The notes below the pieces were generated by a model. That model did not search any database and was not told the DNA's origin. It saw only the letters and a list, made by a program, of their open reading frames with translations. A stretch of 64,000 nucleotides of DNA, from positions 1,401 to 65,400 of the forward strand of contig JAZQHQ010000001.1 of assembly GCA_045540675.1 (NCBI GenBank), written 5' to 3'. The DNA is from Alistipes sp. (GTDB lineage: Bacteria > Bacteroidota > Bacteroidia > Bacteroidales > Rikenellaceae). Both the position numbers and the translations under genes were made by a program. Shown piece by piece: positions 1 to 9,886 of this stretch; position 1 is the first letter of the stretch; the number at the start of each line of letters is the position of its first letter.

Positions 1-670
1 CAGGCATTTGCCAACCACCTTCTGATTCTGGAGCCACTATACTAGCGATCTGCTCCATAGCATACTCCTCCGGAGTCTTTGTTGCTGCATCTGCTCTTGT
101 ACTCCAAGGCATGAAATCATCGCTTGGCTCCAAAGCCGACTGACCGAAAGTAAATGCACCCCAAACCATATTCTCGGCGGTAGTGTCAAGAGTAGTAATT
201 GTTGCGGTTGCGCCAACAGGAGTTTTAGCTGACCAAGCAACAGAGAACGATGGAGCTGGCGAAACCTGCGAAGCAGCAACAGTCGCAGGAGCTGCCAAAT
301 TATTGTTGTTGCTATCTACATAGCTAACAACAACCGAAGCCGAACGAGGATTGGTTACTGCGGTAAATGGTGCTGCTTCGAGAACGAGTTGGTTGTCCTC
401 GTTTACAGAAGCACTCAACCAAGTAGCCGAAGACTCTGCTACCACATTTGCACCGATAACATCCTTCGAAAGGGTAACGCTCAATGTTGCAGTGCCACCA
501 TTAGCAGCAAAAGGCTCTGCAAGCTCACCAACGGTGAGGACAACATCATAAGCAGGTTCAGCAGGAGGTGTTGTGCCACCACCATTATCTGCCGGACCAT
601 CGGTCGTACACGACACGCCTACGAACATTGCGCAGGCAAATGTCAACATAAGTGTAAAAATCTTCTTCAT
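1..670 (-). CDS. Surface lipoprotein with BACON-like domain, truncated at window edge
   Basis: Manual translation from ATG at 670: MKKIFTLMLTFACAMFVGVSC (lipobox Cys), Gly/Pro linker, then WLSAS...NPRSASVVVSY BACON-like beta segment; open to position 1. Absent from the ORF track because it has no stop in the window. Confidence 0.8.
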   Translation of the reverse strand, partial: MKKIFTLMLTFACAMFVGVSCTTDGPADNGGGTTPPAEPAYDVVLTVGELAEPFAANGGTATLSVTLSKDVIGANVVAESSATWLSASVNEDNQLVLEAAPFTAVTNPRSASVVVSYVDSNNNNLAAPATVAASQVSPAPSFSVAWSAKTPVGATATITTLDTTAENMVWGAFTFGQSALEPSDDFMPWSTRADAATKTPEEYAMEQIASIVAPESEGGWQMP

Positions 671-904
671 AATTGTAAGAATTTGAAATTAAAAAATAAG
701 TGTTTAGTTACAAATTGTAAGTTTTTCGTTATTTCCTTAAAACGCAAAAAACGGATTTTACCCCGTTTCTGTATTGCAAATTTATATTGTAGAATTTAAT
801 TTTCCAAATATTTTTTACATTTTTTTAATAAATTATGCGATTTTTTTAGAAATAGATTATTGTTTTGTCGTCACGCCTGCTCCGTTCTGCGCCGCCATAT
901 TTTC

Positions 905-1558
905 TTACAGCTTCTCGCCGAAGCACAAATCACCCGCATCGCCCAAGCCCGGAACGATATACTTATGCGGATTGAGAACGGGATCGACAGTTGCCACCCA
1001 CAAATCGACCTCTTCGGGGTTGGTATGCTCCAAGACAAAATCGACTCCCTCGGTACAACCAAGCACCGAAACAATATGTGTATGTGCCGGTTTGCCGCCA
1101 TGAGCGCACAAAACCTCGTATGCTGCCACCATAGATGCGCCCGAAGCGAGCATCGGGTCACAGAGAATCAGTGTTTTCCCCTCCAATGACGGACAAGCGA
1201 TATACTCCACCTTAATCTCGAAATCACTCTCGCTCGAATAGCTGCGATATGCCGACACAAAGGCATTTTCCGCATCATCGAAGTAGTTGAGCAAGCCCTG
1301 ATGCAGTGGCAGGCCCGCACGCAAAATGGTTGCAAGTACCACCTTGTCGGAGATACACTCCACCTCTGCATTGGCAAGTGGGGTAGTGACAGTTTTAGGT
1401 GTATAATGCAACTTTTTCGACAACTCATAGGCGGTACATTCGCCTATGCGCTCCAAGTTACGGCGAAAACGCATCGAATCCTTTTGCACATCAACATTGC
1501 GCAACTCTGCGAGAAATTTATTGATGATGGTGTTCTGTTTGTCAAGAATGTGAAGCAT
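905..1558 (-). CDS. upp: Uracil phosphoribosyltransferase
   Basis: ILRAGL, LILCDPMLASGAS PRPP-binding motif, YIVPGLGDAGD C-terminus. Confidence 0.95.
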   Translation of the reverse strand: MLHILDKQNTIINKFLAELRNVDVQKDSMRFRRNLERIGECTAYELSKKLHYTPKTVTTPLANAEVECISDKVVLATILRAGLPLHQGLLNYFDDAENAFVSAYRSYSSESDFEIKVEYIACPSLEGKTLILCDPMLASGASMVAAYEVLCAHGGKPAHTHIVSVLGCTEGVDFVLEHTNPEEVDLWVATVDPVLNPHKYIVPGLGDAGDLCFGEKL

Positions 1559-1576
1559 ACCTATATATTATATAAA

Positions 1577-1613
1577 TTAAGAATTGAGAATTGAGAATTG
1601 AGAATTAAGAATT
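1577..1613. repeat. Heptamer tandem repeat (AATTRAG)n
   Basis: aaattaagaattgagaattgagaattgagaattaagaatt; related arrays at about 7596, 18136, 25872, 31975, 38115, 38823, 58865 and 60155. Confidence 0.85.
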
Positions 1614-1653
1614 ACTTGATACAGCAAAAATAATTTTAATTTTTAATTGCTTT

Positions 1654-2871
1654 TTAGTATAAAAAATTGTTGAATGGGTAGCGACCGCAGTGGATTTCGC
1701 GCACCATACCGTAGAGATCGGTGCGGAACTTCTCTATATTTATGCGCTCCGCAGCCGAGATAAAGATGCACGGAGTATTCTGCTTCGCAAACCAACTCTG
1801 CTTCAAATCATCGAGCGAGCGATTCTCCTTGGTCGCAGGGGTGAGATCATCTTCTTCCTTCGGAGTGTAGGTGTAGGCATCAATCTTGTTGAATACCAAA
1901 TAGACCGGTTTGTCGCCCGCACCAATATCCTGCAAGGTCTGCTTTACGACATCAATCTGCTCCTCGAATTGAGGGTGCGAGATATCGACAACATGTATCA
2001 ACAAATCCGCCTCGCGCACCTCGTCAAGTGTCGATTTGAACGACTCAATCAACTCGGTAGGCAACTTGCGGATAAAACCTACGGTATCGGACAAGAGGAA
2101 TGGAAGGTTATCGAAAACAACCTTACGCACCGTAGTGTCGAGCGTTGCAAAGAGTTTGTTTTCGGCAAAAACCTCGCTCTTCGAAATTAGGTTCATCAAG
2201 GTAGATTTTCCGACATTGGTATATCCGACCAACGACACACGCACCATACCGCCACGGTTGGAGCGCTGCACCGCCATCTGCTTGTCGATTTTTTTCAAAT
2301 CCTCTTTGAGTTTCGAGATGCGGTTGCGGACAATACGGCGGTCGGTCTCAATCTCGCGCTCACCGGCACCGCCACGAGTTCCCGTACCTCCTCGCTGTCG
2401 TTCGAGGTGAGTCCACATACCCGCCAAGCGAGGCAACATATACTCACACTGCGCCAGCTCGACCTGCGTTTTTGCGTAGGCGGTCTGCGCACGCTGACGG
2501 AAGATATCGAGAATAAGGCGAGTACGGTCGATAACGCGACACGGCATTGACTGCTCGATATTGCGAGTCTGTGATGGCGAGAGTTCGTCATCGAAAATCA
2601 CCACATTTATCTCGTTCTCCTCGCAGTAGGCAGCAATCTCTTCGAGTTTGCCCGGACCTACATAGATGCGTGACGAAGGTTGCGAGAGTCGTTGCGTAAA
2701 GCGGCGCACGGTCTTGATTGCTGCCGTCTCGGCAAGGAACTCCAACTCATCGAGGAACTCCTCCGCCTGACGAGGCTCTTGACCATCGCGAATAACCGCC
2801 ACCAAGACAGCTCGCTCCTCGCGCTGCTCCTCAACAACAACGCTCTTATCTTTTGTTTTTTGCTCCGACAT
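1654..2871 (-). CDS. hflX: GTPase HflX
   Basis: GYTNVGKST P-loop, LFATLDTT, DTVGF, NKID; RTRLILDIF N-terminal domain. Confidence 0.97.
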   Translation of the reverse strand: MSEQKTKDKSVVVEEQREERAVLVAVIRDGQEPRQAEEFLDELEFLAETAAIKTVRRFTQRLSQPSSRIYVGPGKLEEIAAYCEENEINVVIFDDELSPSQTRNIEQSMPCRVIDRTRLILDIFRQRAQTAYAKTQVELAQCEYMLPRLAGMWTHLERQRGGTGTRGGAGEREIETDRRIVRNRISKLKEDLKKIDKQMAVQRSNRGGMVRVSLVGYTNVGKSTLMNLISKSEVFAENKLFATLDTTVRKVVFDNLPFLLSDTVGFIRKLPTELIESFKSTLDEVREADLLIHVVDISHPQFEEQIDVVKQTLQDIGAGDKPVYLVFNKIDAYTYTPKEEDDLTPATKENRSLDDLKQSWFAKQNTPCIFISAAERINIEKFRTDLYGMVREIHCGRYPFNNFLY

Positions 2872-2933
2872 ATATTGCTATTTAATAAAAGCCGAGCGTT
2901 GGCTCGGCTTTTGTGCTATCAGCTTTGTTAAAT

Positions 2934-3617
2934 TTAGTTCTGGATACGGAAATCGATTGGCAATGTGTACTTCACACGCACTGCCTGATTACGCTGCTTG
3001 CCCGGAGTCCACTTTGGCGAGGTCTTCAAGATACGGATAGCCTCGTCAGAAAGCGATGAATCGGGGGTTTGGAGTACCTGAATGTTGGTGAGAGCGCCAT
3101 CCTTCTCGATAACGAACATCAACAATACACGACCCGAAATGTTGTTCTCCTGCGCAATCTGTGGGTAACGAACTTTCGACTGCACCCAGTTACGGAAGGT
3201 CATCAAATCTCCGCCCATAAACGAAGGCATCTGCTCAACCTTTACGAATGGCTGGTCGTCCTCGATGTTCTCCTCCTCGACAGCCACCTGCTGAATAATC
3301 TCAACATCCTCGGCAAACTCGGCGAAATCGACACTTGTCTCGATCTTTTCATCGTTAGTTACGATGTTCAAGATGTCGGTGATAACGGTAATCTCGGTAC
3401 GCTTTGGAGGCTCCGGTGGCTTCTGGTCCTGACGAGTAATCTCGGTAATCTCCTCCTCAACTACGGCTACAACCTGCTCCACCTGCTCAATCTTATACTC
3501 GCGAGGGGTGTAGAGGAATGCTGCAATAACAACAAGCAATGCTACTGCCAATCCGATTTCGAGCAACAAGACGCGCTTGTTCTGAACATCTACTTTGGGG
3601 TTTTTCTTAATCTCCAT
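2934..3617 (-). CDS. Energy transducer TonB
   Basis: Single TM, PPEPPK linker, C-terminal YPQIAQENNISGRV...WTPGKQ...VKYTLPIDF domain; likely start MEIKK at 3617. Confidence 0.9.
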   Translation of the reverse strand: MEIKKNPKVDVQNKRVLLLEIGLAVALLVVIAAFLYTPREYKIEQVEQVVAVVEEEITEITRQDQKPPEPPKRTEITVITDILNIVTNDEKIETSVDFAEFAEDVEIIQQVAVEEENIEDDQPFVKVEQMPSFMGGDLMTFRNWVQSKVRYPQIAQENNISGRVLLMFVIEKDGALTNIQVLQTPDSSLSDEAIRILKTSPKWTPGKQRNQAVRVKYTLPIDFRIQN

Positions 3618-3771
3618 TATCGTGTAATTTTTTAATTTATCGTCTATCTCTGATAGAGGTAGCACTTCACTTACCACCTAATCAACTACAAATATAGATA
3701 TTATTTTTCAAATAAACACATCAATAATCAAAAAATGACAAAATTTTCTCTATTTTTGTAACAAATTAGAG

Positions 3772-4800
3772 ATGCGCAAAGTGGCAAGTAAGGAGTATTT
3801 ATACGGAAAAACATTGTCGGAGTTGCAGGCTGTATGTGCCGAATTGCAACTACCTCGCTTTGTAGCGAAGCAGATTGCCGATTGGCTCTATCGCAAGAGT
3901 GTTCGCACCATAGATGAGATGACTAACCTCTCAAAAGTTGTCCGCGCAACTCTAAAAGAGCGTTTTGAGCTCGGTTTGCATACTCCCGAAGGTGAGCAGA
4001 CCTCCGCTGATGGTACGAAAAAATATCTCTACCGCACTGCCGAAGGAGAGTTTGTGGAGTCGGCATATATCCCTGACCGTGAGCGTGCTACGCTCTGTGT
4101 ATCTTCGCAGGCAGGGTGTCGTATGGGTTGCAAATTTTGTGCAACAGCACGACTTGGTCTGAAACATTCGCTTTCGACCTGCGACATCCTCAATCAGATA
4201 GCCTCGTTGCCCGAGCGTGATAGCCTTACGAATGTGGTATTTATGGGTATGGGCGAGCCATTGGACAATATGGAGAATGTGTTGCGAGCCCTCGAAATTA
4301 TCACTGCGGAGTGGGGATTTGGGTGGTCGCCAACCCGTGTAACCCTCTCCACGGCAGGTGTTGCTCGCGAACTGCGCCGATTTTTAGACTCGACACAGGT
4401 GCATCTTGCAGTATCGCTACACAATCCATTCCACGAGGAGCGCGAGGCGATTATGCCTATCGAACGAGCCTATCCTATTCGCGAGATAGCGGACATTCTG
4501 CGTGAATACGACTTTACTCATCAGCGCCGTGTATCGTTCGAGTATATCGTAATGAGCGATTTGAACGACTCACCGCGACATATTAAGGAGTTGTGCCGAC
4601 TGCTCGATGGCATAAAGTGTCGCATAAACCTTATTCGCTTTCATAAAATTCCCGATTCTCCATACTTCTCGCCTTCTGACGAAAAGATGATAGCATTTCG
4701 CGATGCCCTTACTCAACGCGGCATTATGACCACCATCCGAGCCTCGCGAGGAGAGGATATCAAAGCCGCCTGCGGACTCCTCTCCGCAGAGAGAAAATAG
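3772..4800 (+). CDS. rlmN: 23S rRNA m2A2503 methyltransferase RlmN (radical SAM)
   Basis: CRMGCKFC, FMGMGEP, DIKAACG motifs. Confidence 0.95.
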   Translation: MRKVASKEYLYGKTLSELQAVCAELQLPRFVAKQIADWLYRKSVRTIDEMTNLSKVVRATLKERFELGLHTPEGEQTSADGTKKYLYRTAEGEFVESAYIPDRERATLCVSSQAGCRMGCKFCATARLGLKHSLSTCDILNQIASLPERDSLTNVVFMGMGEPLDNMENVLRALEIITAEWGFGWSPTRVTLSTAGVARELRRFLDSTQVHLAVSLHNPFHEEREAIMPIERAYPIREIADILREYDFTHQRRVSFEYIVMSDLNDSPRHIKELCRLLDGIKCRINLIRFHKIPDSPYFSPSDEKMIAFRDALTQRGIMTTIRASRGEDIKAACGLLSAERK

Positions 4801-4832
4801 TTCTGATGTTTTTTTACGAATAATAAAACAAG

Positions 4833-4863
4833 AACGGAGCAGCCTTGCGAGGCAGCTCCGTTT
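4833..4863. terminator. Hairpin between convergent rlmN and pnp
   Basis: acggagc-a-gcc-ttgcga-ggc-a-gctccgt stem, A/T-rich flanks. Confidence 0.7.
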
Positions 4864-4882
4864 CTATTTGGTGTAATCTGAA

Positions 4883-7123
4883 TTACTCCTTGTGGTGGTC
4901 ACGGCGTGGGCGGCGGTCGCCTCGCTCCTGACGGTCACCGCGTGGTGCGCGTGGCTTACGCTCAGGCTCTACCCAACCCTCTGGTTTAGGAAGAAGTGCT
5001 TTGTGCGAAAGACGGAGCTTGTTGGTCTTTTGGTCGATGCCAATCAACTTAACATCAATCTCATCGCCCTCCTTCAAACCGGTCTCCTCCATTGTCTCGA
5101 AACGCTTGTAGTCAATCTCCGAGATGTGGAGCAACGCCTCCTTACCCGGCAAAATCTCAACGAAAGCGCCGAAATCTACAACCGACTTAACGGTTCCGTG
5201 ATACTCCTCGCCAACCTCAGGCACTGCTACAATACCCTTGATGCGAGCCATTGCTGCATCAATCGATGCCTTATCTACACCGAATACATCAACCAATCCA
5301 GAAGTCTCGGTCTCGGTGATGGTGATAGTTGTGCCGGTAGTCTTCTGAATGTCCTGAATAACCTTGCCACCAGGACCGATAACTGCACCGATAAAGTCCT
5401 TATCGATAACGAGTTGCTCAATACGAGGAACAAATGGCTTGTAGTCCTCGCGAGGCTCTGCGATGCACTCGGTAATCTTGTCGAGAATGTGCAAACGACC
5501 TACGCGTGCCTGCTCCAATGCCTGCGCCAACACCTCATACGAAAGACCATCAACCTTAATATCCATCTGTGTTGCGGTGATACCATCGCGAGTACCTGTA
5601 ACCTTGAAGTCCATATCGCCCAAGTGGTCCTCATCACCCAAGATATCCGACAATACAGCCCAACGACCTGTTGCCGAATCCGAGATAAGTCCCATTGCGA
5701 TACCCGAAACAGGCTTCTTCAACTTAACACCTGCATCCATCAAAGCCATACAGCCTGCGCAAACGGTAGCCATCGAAGATGAGCCGTTCGACTCCAAGAT
5801 ATCCGAAACTACACGCACTGCGTATGGATTCTCCTCGCCCATTGGTACCATAGGCTTCAATGCACGCCAAGCGAGGTGTCCGTGACCAATCTCACGGCGG
5901 CTAACGCCACGCGATGCCTTCGCCTCACCTGTCGAGAATGGAGGGAAGTTGTAGTGGAGTACAAACTGCTCCGAGCCCTGGAACAATACCTCATCGTGCT
6001 GCTTCTCATCGAGCTTTGTGCCGAGAGTTACAGTCGAGAGCGACTGAGTCTCGCCACGGGTAAAGATTGCCGAGCCGTGTGCGCATGGGAGGTAATCAAC
6101 CTCGCACCAGATAGGACGAATCTCGTCTGTACGGCGACCGTCAAGACGCTTGCCCTCATCGAGAATCATATTACGCATAGCCATCTTCTGTACATCATCG
6201 TGGAAGTACTTGTGGATAAGCGGAGCCTTCTCCTCCAACTCCTCCTCGGTGTAGCGCGAAGCGAACTCTGCCTCCAAAGCATCGAATGCCTCCGAACGCT
6301 CATGCTTCATTGTGCCGCTTGTAGCGATAGCGTATGCCTTGTCGTACAACTCCGAGATGATAGTTTGACGCAACTCCTCATCGTTGGTCTCGTGGCAATA
6401 CTCGCGCTTAACATCTTTGCCAAGCTCCTTCATCAACTCAATCTGTGCAGCACAGTGAGTCTTGATAGCCTCGTGAGCATACTTGATAGCGCCGAGCATA
6501 ACCTCCTCGCTAACCTCCTTCATCTCACCCTCAACCATCAAGATATTATCGATAGTACCTCCGACCATAATGTCGAGGTCTACATCCTTCATCTGCGAGA
6601 AAGTTGGGTTAATGCAGTACTCTCCGTTGATTCGCGCTACACGCACCTCCGAAATAGGACCTCCGAACGGAATGTCCGATACAGCCAAAGCTGCCGAAGC
6701 AGCCAGACCTGCGAGGGCATCAGCCTGAATATCCTTGTCTGCCGAGATAAGGTTTACGGTTACATAAACCTCTGCGTGGTAGTCGGCAGGGAACAATGGG
6801 CGGAGCGCACGGTCAATCAAGCGGGCAACCAAAATCTCGTTGTCACCGGCCTTACCCTCACGCTTCATAAAACCACCAGGTATGCGACCTACGGCAGCGA
6901 ACTTCTCCTTATACTCGACCTGCAAAGGCATAAAGTCGGTACCCTCTTTTGCATCTTTGGCAGCCACTACCGTTGCGAGCAACATTGTATCGCCCTGTTT
7001 TACGACAACCGAACCATCAGCCTGCTTTGCCAACTTGCCGGTCTCAATCATAATCTCTCGACCACCTTCCAGCGGGATAAACTTCTGTACAGCATTGTAC
7101 AACTTCTTTTCTTCCATAATCAT
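4883..7123 (-). CDS. pnp: Polyribonucleotide nucleotidyltransferase (PNPase)
   Basis: Two RNase PH domains ([16 protein letters not shown]), KH (VIGPGG), S1. Confidence 0.98.
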   Translation of the reverse strand: MIMEEKKLYNAVQKFIPLEGGREIMIETGKLAKQADGSVVVKQGDTMLLATVVAAKDAKEGTDFMPLQVEYKEKFAAVGRIPGGFMKREGKAGDNEILVARLIDRALRPLFPADYHAEVYVTVNLISADKDIQADALAGLAASAALAVSDIPFGGPISEVRVARINGEYCINPTFSQMKDVDLDIMVGGTIDNILMVEGEMKEVSEEVMLGAIKYAHEAIKTHCAAQIELMKELGKDVKREYCHETNDEELRQTIISELYDKAYAIATSGTMKHERSEAFDALEAEFASRYTEEELEEKAPLIHKYFHDDVQKMAMRNMILDEGKRLDGRRTDEIRPIWCEVDYLPCAHGSAIFTRGETQSLSTVTLGTKLDEKQHDEVLFQGSEQFVLHYNFPPFSTGEAKASRGVSRREIGHGHLAWRALKPMVPMGEENPYAVRVVSDILESNGSSSMATVCAGCMALMDAGVKLKKPVSGIAMGLISDSATGRWAVLSDILGDEDHLGDMDFKVTGTRDGITATQMDIKVDGLSYEVLAQALEQARVGRLHILDKITECIAEPREDYKPFVPRIEQLVIDKDFIGAVIGPGGKVIQDIQKTTGTTITITETETSGLVDVFGVDKASIDAAMARIKGIVAVPEVGEEYHGTVKSVVDFGAFVEILPGKEALLHISEIDYKRFETMEETGLKEGDEIDVKLIGIDQKTNKLRLSHKALLPKPEGWVEPERKPRAPRGDRQERGDRRPRRDHHKE

Positions 7124-7183
7124 CTAAATCGTCAAAAAATAAATTTCTCTTTTCTTCATCATCACATCAAAAAACAAAATGAA

Positions 7184-7208
7184 GGCAACTCCCTTGTGGC
7201 GAGTTGCC
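7184..7208 (-). terminator. Intrinsic terminator after rpsO
   Basis: ggcaactc/gagttgcc 8-bp stem, followed on the minus strand by a T-rich tract. Confidence 0.7.
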
Positions 7209-7224
7209 CCATTCTGCTGACCTC

Positions 7225-7497
7225 TTACTTACGAAGGTTCAAAGCCTTAACGATAGCACGATAACGCTCGATATCTACCTCCTTCAAGTACTCCAACAAC
7301 TGACGGCGCTTACCGATCATCTTCAACATCGCACGCTGTGTGCCGAAGTCGTGACGGTTGTTTTTGAGGTGCTCTGTAAGGTGGCTGATACGGTACGAGA
7401 ACAACGCGATCTGGCTCTCTGGGGAACCTGTATCGGTGTTAGACTTGCCGTACTGACCGAAAAGCTCTTGCTTTTTCTCTGCTGTTAAATAAGCCAT
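7225..7497 (-). CDS. rpsO: 30S ribosomal protein S15
   Basis: DTGSPESQIALFS...HLTEHLK...LLEYLK. Confidence 0.98.
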   Translation of the reverse strand: MAYLTAEKKQELFGQYGKSNTDTGSPESQIALFSYRISHLTEHLKNNRHDFGTQRAMLKMIGKRRQLLEYLKEVDIERYRAIVKALNLRK

Positions 7498-7529
7498 AAT
7501 AGTAAAAAATTAAAATTAAGTTATTTAAT

Positions 7530-7589
7530 AGTTTAACACTTCGTGCGCATTCGCCTTACTACGAATCACGCCAAAGCGGTGCAAAGATA
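7530..7589 (-). promoter_or_regulatory. rpsO promoter (TATCTTTG) and hairpin 5' leader, possible S15 autoregulatory element
   Basis: -7 box at 7582-7589 on the minus strand; cgtg-attcg/cgaat-cacg hairpin in the leader. Confidence 0.5.
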
Positions 7590-7723
7590 CAAATAAAATT
7601 AAGAATTAAGAATTAAAAGTTAAGAATTTACACAAAAAATATAAAAATCAGCCGATTATGGCATTTTGAGGAGTGAAACGGGCGCGCTGTTTTGTACGAT
7701 TTTTGAATTATTTTGGTGGCAGA

Positions 7724-7755
7724 TTTGGAAGTTTCGTTTTTTTGCCATACCTTTG
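7724..7755 (+). promoter_or_regulatory. Bacteroidetes sigma70 promoter of the tRNA
   Basis: TTTG (7724-7727), 20-nt spacer, TACCTTTG (7748-7755). Confidence 0.75.
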
Positions 7756-7798
7756 CACTCGCAAAACACAGGAACTCCATTTTAGAGTAAAGATACAT

Positions 7799-7872
7799 CG
7801 CGGGGTGGAGCAGCTGGTTAGCTTGCCGGGCTCATAACCCGGAGGTCGGAGGTTCGAGTCCTCCTCCCGCAA
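7799..7872 (+). tRNA. tRNA-Met(CAT), initiator (fMet) type
   Basis: Cloverleaf: acceptor CGCGGGG/TCCCGCA with C1:A72 mismatch, anticodon arm CCGGG-CTCATAA-CCCGG, T arm GGAGG-TTCGAGT-CCTCC; CCA not encoded. Confidence 0.97.
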
Positions 7873-9436
7873 CTAAACGAGACAAGTCGAAAGATTTGTC
7901 TCTTTTTTTATCTTTTTTATTTTTATAATTCACTGAAATAGTGCGTGTTATATCAAAGAACGAATTGGTGCTATTGGTTAGAAAACTTCTTTTTTCTTTA
8001 TCCCATTCAACACCCTTTGGAAAGACTAATTTTTGTATTTTTTGGCATACATCAAAGTCTTGTTTCTTCCAATAAACACCTAAATTACAAGCAATTACAA
8101 TAGTAGTCTCTATGTATTCGGCAAGGTTAGATAGATTTACGGATACTCTCTCCAACTCTGCCTCCGCTTTATGCTTATTTATCTCCAAATCTCTAATAAC
8201 TTCCAAATAGACATCTTTCTCGATTGCACCAATTGCATAGTTCTTTTTAGCACTCTTTATTTGGGTGGTTAAGGTTGCGATATTCTTCTTGATATTATCT
8301 ATATCGCTGATTTGTGTATGCGTTTTCTCTTCAAATTTCTTTTTTAAAACTATCGTCAATATAGGTAGCAATTCATTAGGTACAGCGAATCCATTGAGCA
8401 ATTCGGCATACTTTGAATGAATTTCCTTCGCTGACACATTTACGCTACCCTCCTTGCCACTATACTTATAATAATCCAAATCCTTCTTTTTAACAGTATA
8501 TCCTGATAGTGTATGCCCTAATGCGTGTATATGGTTTTTCAGCGGGAAACGAGGTGTTTCTGTCGCTTGCTCGTAACCTTTGTTGTTGCCCATAAGAATA
8601 CTTTGCACCTTCTCGAATAGTGCCTCGGAGATAAGAGGTTCTTGCTTCCCTTTTACAATCGCTCCTTTCAGCAGACTATGCTCAATTCTACCACAATAAA
8701 ACTGATTTTGTAGGCAGTTGGATAGTCTTTGTTTGCTAATATCCAGTCCTCTTAATTTTAATCTCTCTACAACCTTTGCTTGGGAAAGATTTGGTTCATT
8801 TGCAATCCATACCCAAGCATTTTTTAATATCTTGCCTTTGTCATTGACTGTTAATTTGTGTTCTTTATTTACCTTCTTGGAGTCATATCCAAGCGGTGGT
8901 TTGCTGTACCACTCGCCTCGGTTCAAACACGACACCATACCTTCGTAGCACTTATGCCTACGCATCGCATTATCAATATCTGCAATGATAAGTAGAATAG
9001 CAGATATTTGCTCTGACAGCACATTGCCCTCATCAATAGGTTGGTTTACAGATTTGATGATAACACCATTGCGTTTTAGTTGCCCTTTATATGTCAATCC
9101 CTCGTACATATTTCTGCTGAATCTATCATAGTCGAAAACAACTATTGTATCCACCTCTGGATCATTCATCACAGCACCTATCATTTCAAGAAAGTGCTCT
9201 CCTGCAACCTTCGCTGATTCAAATGTGCCACCAAAACAGTGCTTTACCTCTTTATTTAACGCTTCGCAGTAACCATTACAAGCGTCCATCTGCGTTTGAA
9301 TGGAGTGGTTCGTCTTAAACTGCTCCTCCGATGATACTCGTGTCCAAATTACTGCCTTGCCTTTACCACTCTTTGAAATAGCGAGTCTCTTTTCTACAAT
9401 CTTCTCAATACGAGTTTTCTTCTGTTTTTTAATCAT
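7832..9436 (-). CDS. Large serine recombinase (integrase); C-terminus runs antisense into the tRNA
   Basis: WTRVSSEEQ catalytic Ser, DRFSR, KPPLGY recombinase domain, NQFYCG, EPLISEALFEKVQ, coiled coil; ends RLVAGGGLEPPTSGL = reverse complement of the tRNA 3' half. Confidence 0.95.
   Translation of the reverse strand: MIKKQKKTRIEKIVEKRLAISKSGKGKAVIWTRVSSEEQFKTNHSIQTQMDACNGYCEALNKEVKHCFGGTFESAKVAGEHFLEMIGAVMNDPEVDTIVVFDYDRFSRNMYEGLTYKGQLKRNGVIIKSVNQPIDEGNVLSEQISAILLIIADIDNAMRRHKCYEGMVSCLNRGEWYSKPPLGYDSKKVNKEHKLTVNDKGKILKNAWVWIANEPNLSQAKVVERLKLRGLDISKQRLSNCLQNQFYCGRIEHSLLKGAIVKGKQEPLISEALFEKVQSILMGNNKGYEQATETPRFPLKNHIHALGHTLSGYTVKKKDLDYYKYSGKEGSVNVSAKEIHSKYAELLNGFAVPNELLPILTIVLKKKFEEKTHTQISDIDNIKKNIATLTTQIKSAKKNYAIGAIEKDVYLEVIRDLEINKHKAEAELERVSVNLSNLAEYIETTIVIACNLGVYWKKQDFDVCQKIQKLVFPKGVEWDKEKRSFLTNSTNSFFDITRTISVNYKNKKDKKRDKSFDLSRLVAGGGLEPPTSGL
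7879..7909 (+). terminator. Element-supplied terminator for the tRNA at attL
   Basis: gagacaagtc-GAAA-gatttgtctc 10-bp stem (one G-U) plus T7. Confidence 0.85.
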
Positions 9437-9599
9437 AAATTTCTTCGGTTTTCACTTTATTATTCTTGTACCACACATATCCGATTTCCGCTATTTCATC
9501 TAATCCATTAAGTATGGTTATTATATCGTCTTCGTTGGTTATCCCCAACTTGTTAAATTCTTCAATGTATCTATTTTCTAAATCATCTTTCAGAAACAT
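9429..9599 (-). CDS. 56-aa acidic protein translationally coupled to the LSR
   Basis: Manual translation MFLKDDLENRYIEEFNKLGITNEDDIITILNGLDEIAEIGYVWYKNNKVKTEEIYD; its stop overlaps the LSR start (ATGATTAA). Confidence 0.7.
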   Translation of the reverse strand: MFLKDDLENRYIEEFNKLGITNEDDIITILNGLDEIAEIGYVWYKNNKVKTEEIYD

Positions 9600-9845
9600 T
9601 ATTAAATTAGAACTTCGTGCTTTCGCACTCCCCTCGTTCTTCTTGATTTTGAGGTTGAGGGGTTATTCGCTTTCGCCTCCTACTCGGTTAATTGGTAGGT
9701 TTTCTGTTCGACAGGGGATATGCGCAAAACCCTTGTACCATATAGGCACAATAATCCTTCTCTATGGACTCATACTATTCTAAAATTTTTAATTGAAATA
9801 GGCGACAGAATCGTCTAACAAGAGCATTTCAACTCTCTTGCTGTG

Positions 9846-9853
9846 CAAATATA
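9846..9853 (-). promoter_or_regulatory. -7 promoter box upstream of the small ORF-LSR operon
   Basis: TATATTTG on the minus strand. Confidence 0.6.
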
Positions 9854-9886
9854 CCAAAAAATTTTGAATTTATAAACAGCTGGCTA

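Noticed and set aside
1577-1613. CRISPR array
   Set aside because: Repeats are contiguous 7-mers without spacers; no cas genes
5876-7264. Long opposite-strand ORFs (e.g. 5876-7264 +, 34500-35786 +, 47072-48826 -, 61902-62909 -)
   Set aside because: Antisense shadows of pnp, valS, the DPP-III gene and susC; no recognisable motifs
7869-7875. tRNA lacking encoded CCA as a sign of damage by integration
   Set aside because: Discriminator and acceptor stem are intact; CCA is often added post-transcriptionally, and the shared core shows the empty site would read the same
9600-9790. Additional gene upstream of the 56-aa ORF
   Set aside because: All minus-strand frames are interrupted by stops; the plus-strand 105-aa ORF has no recognisable features
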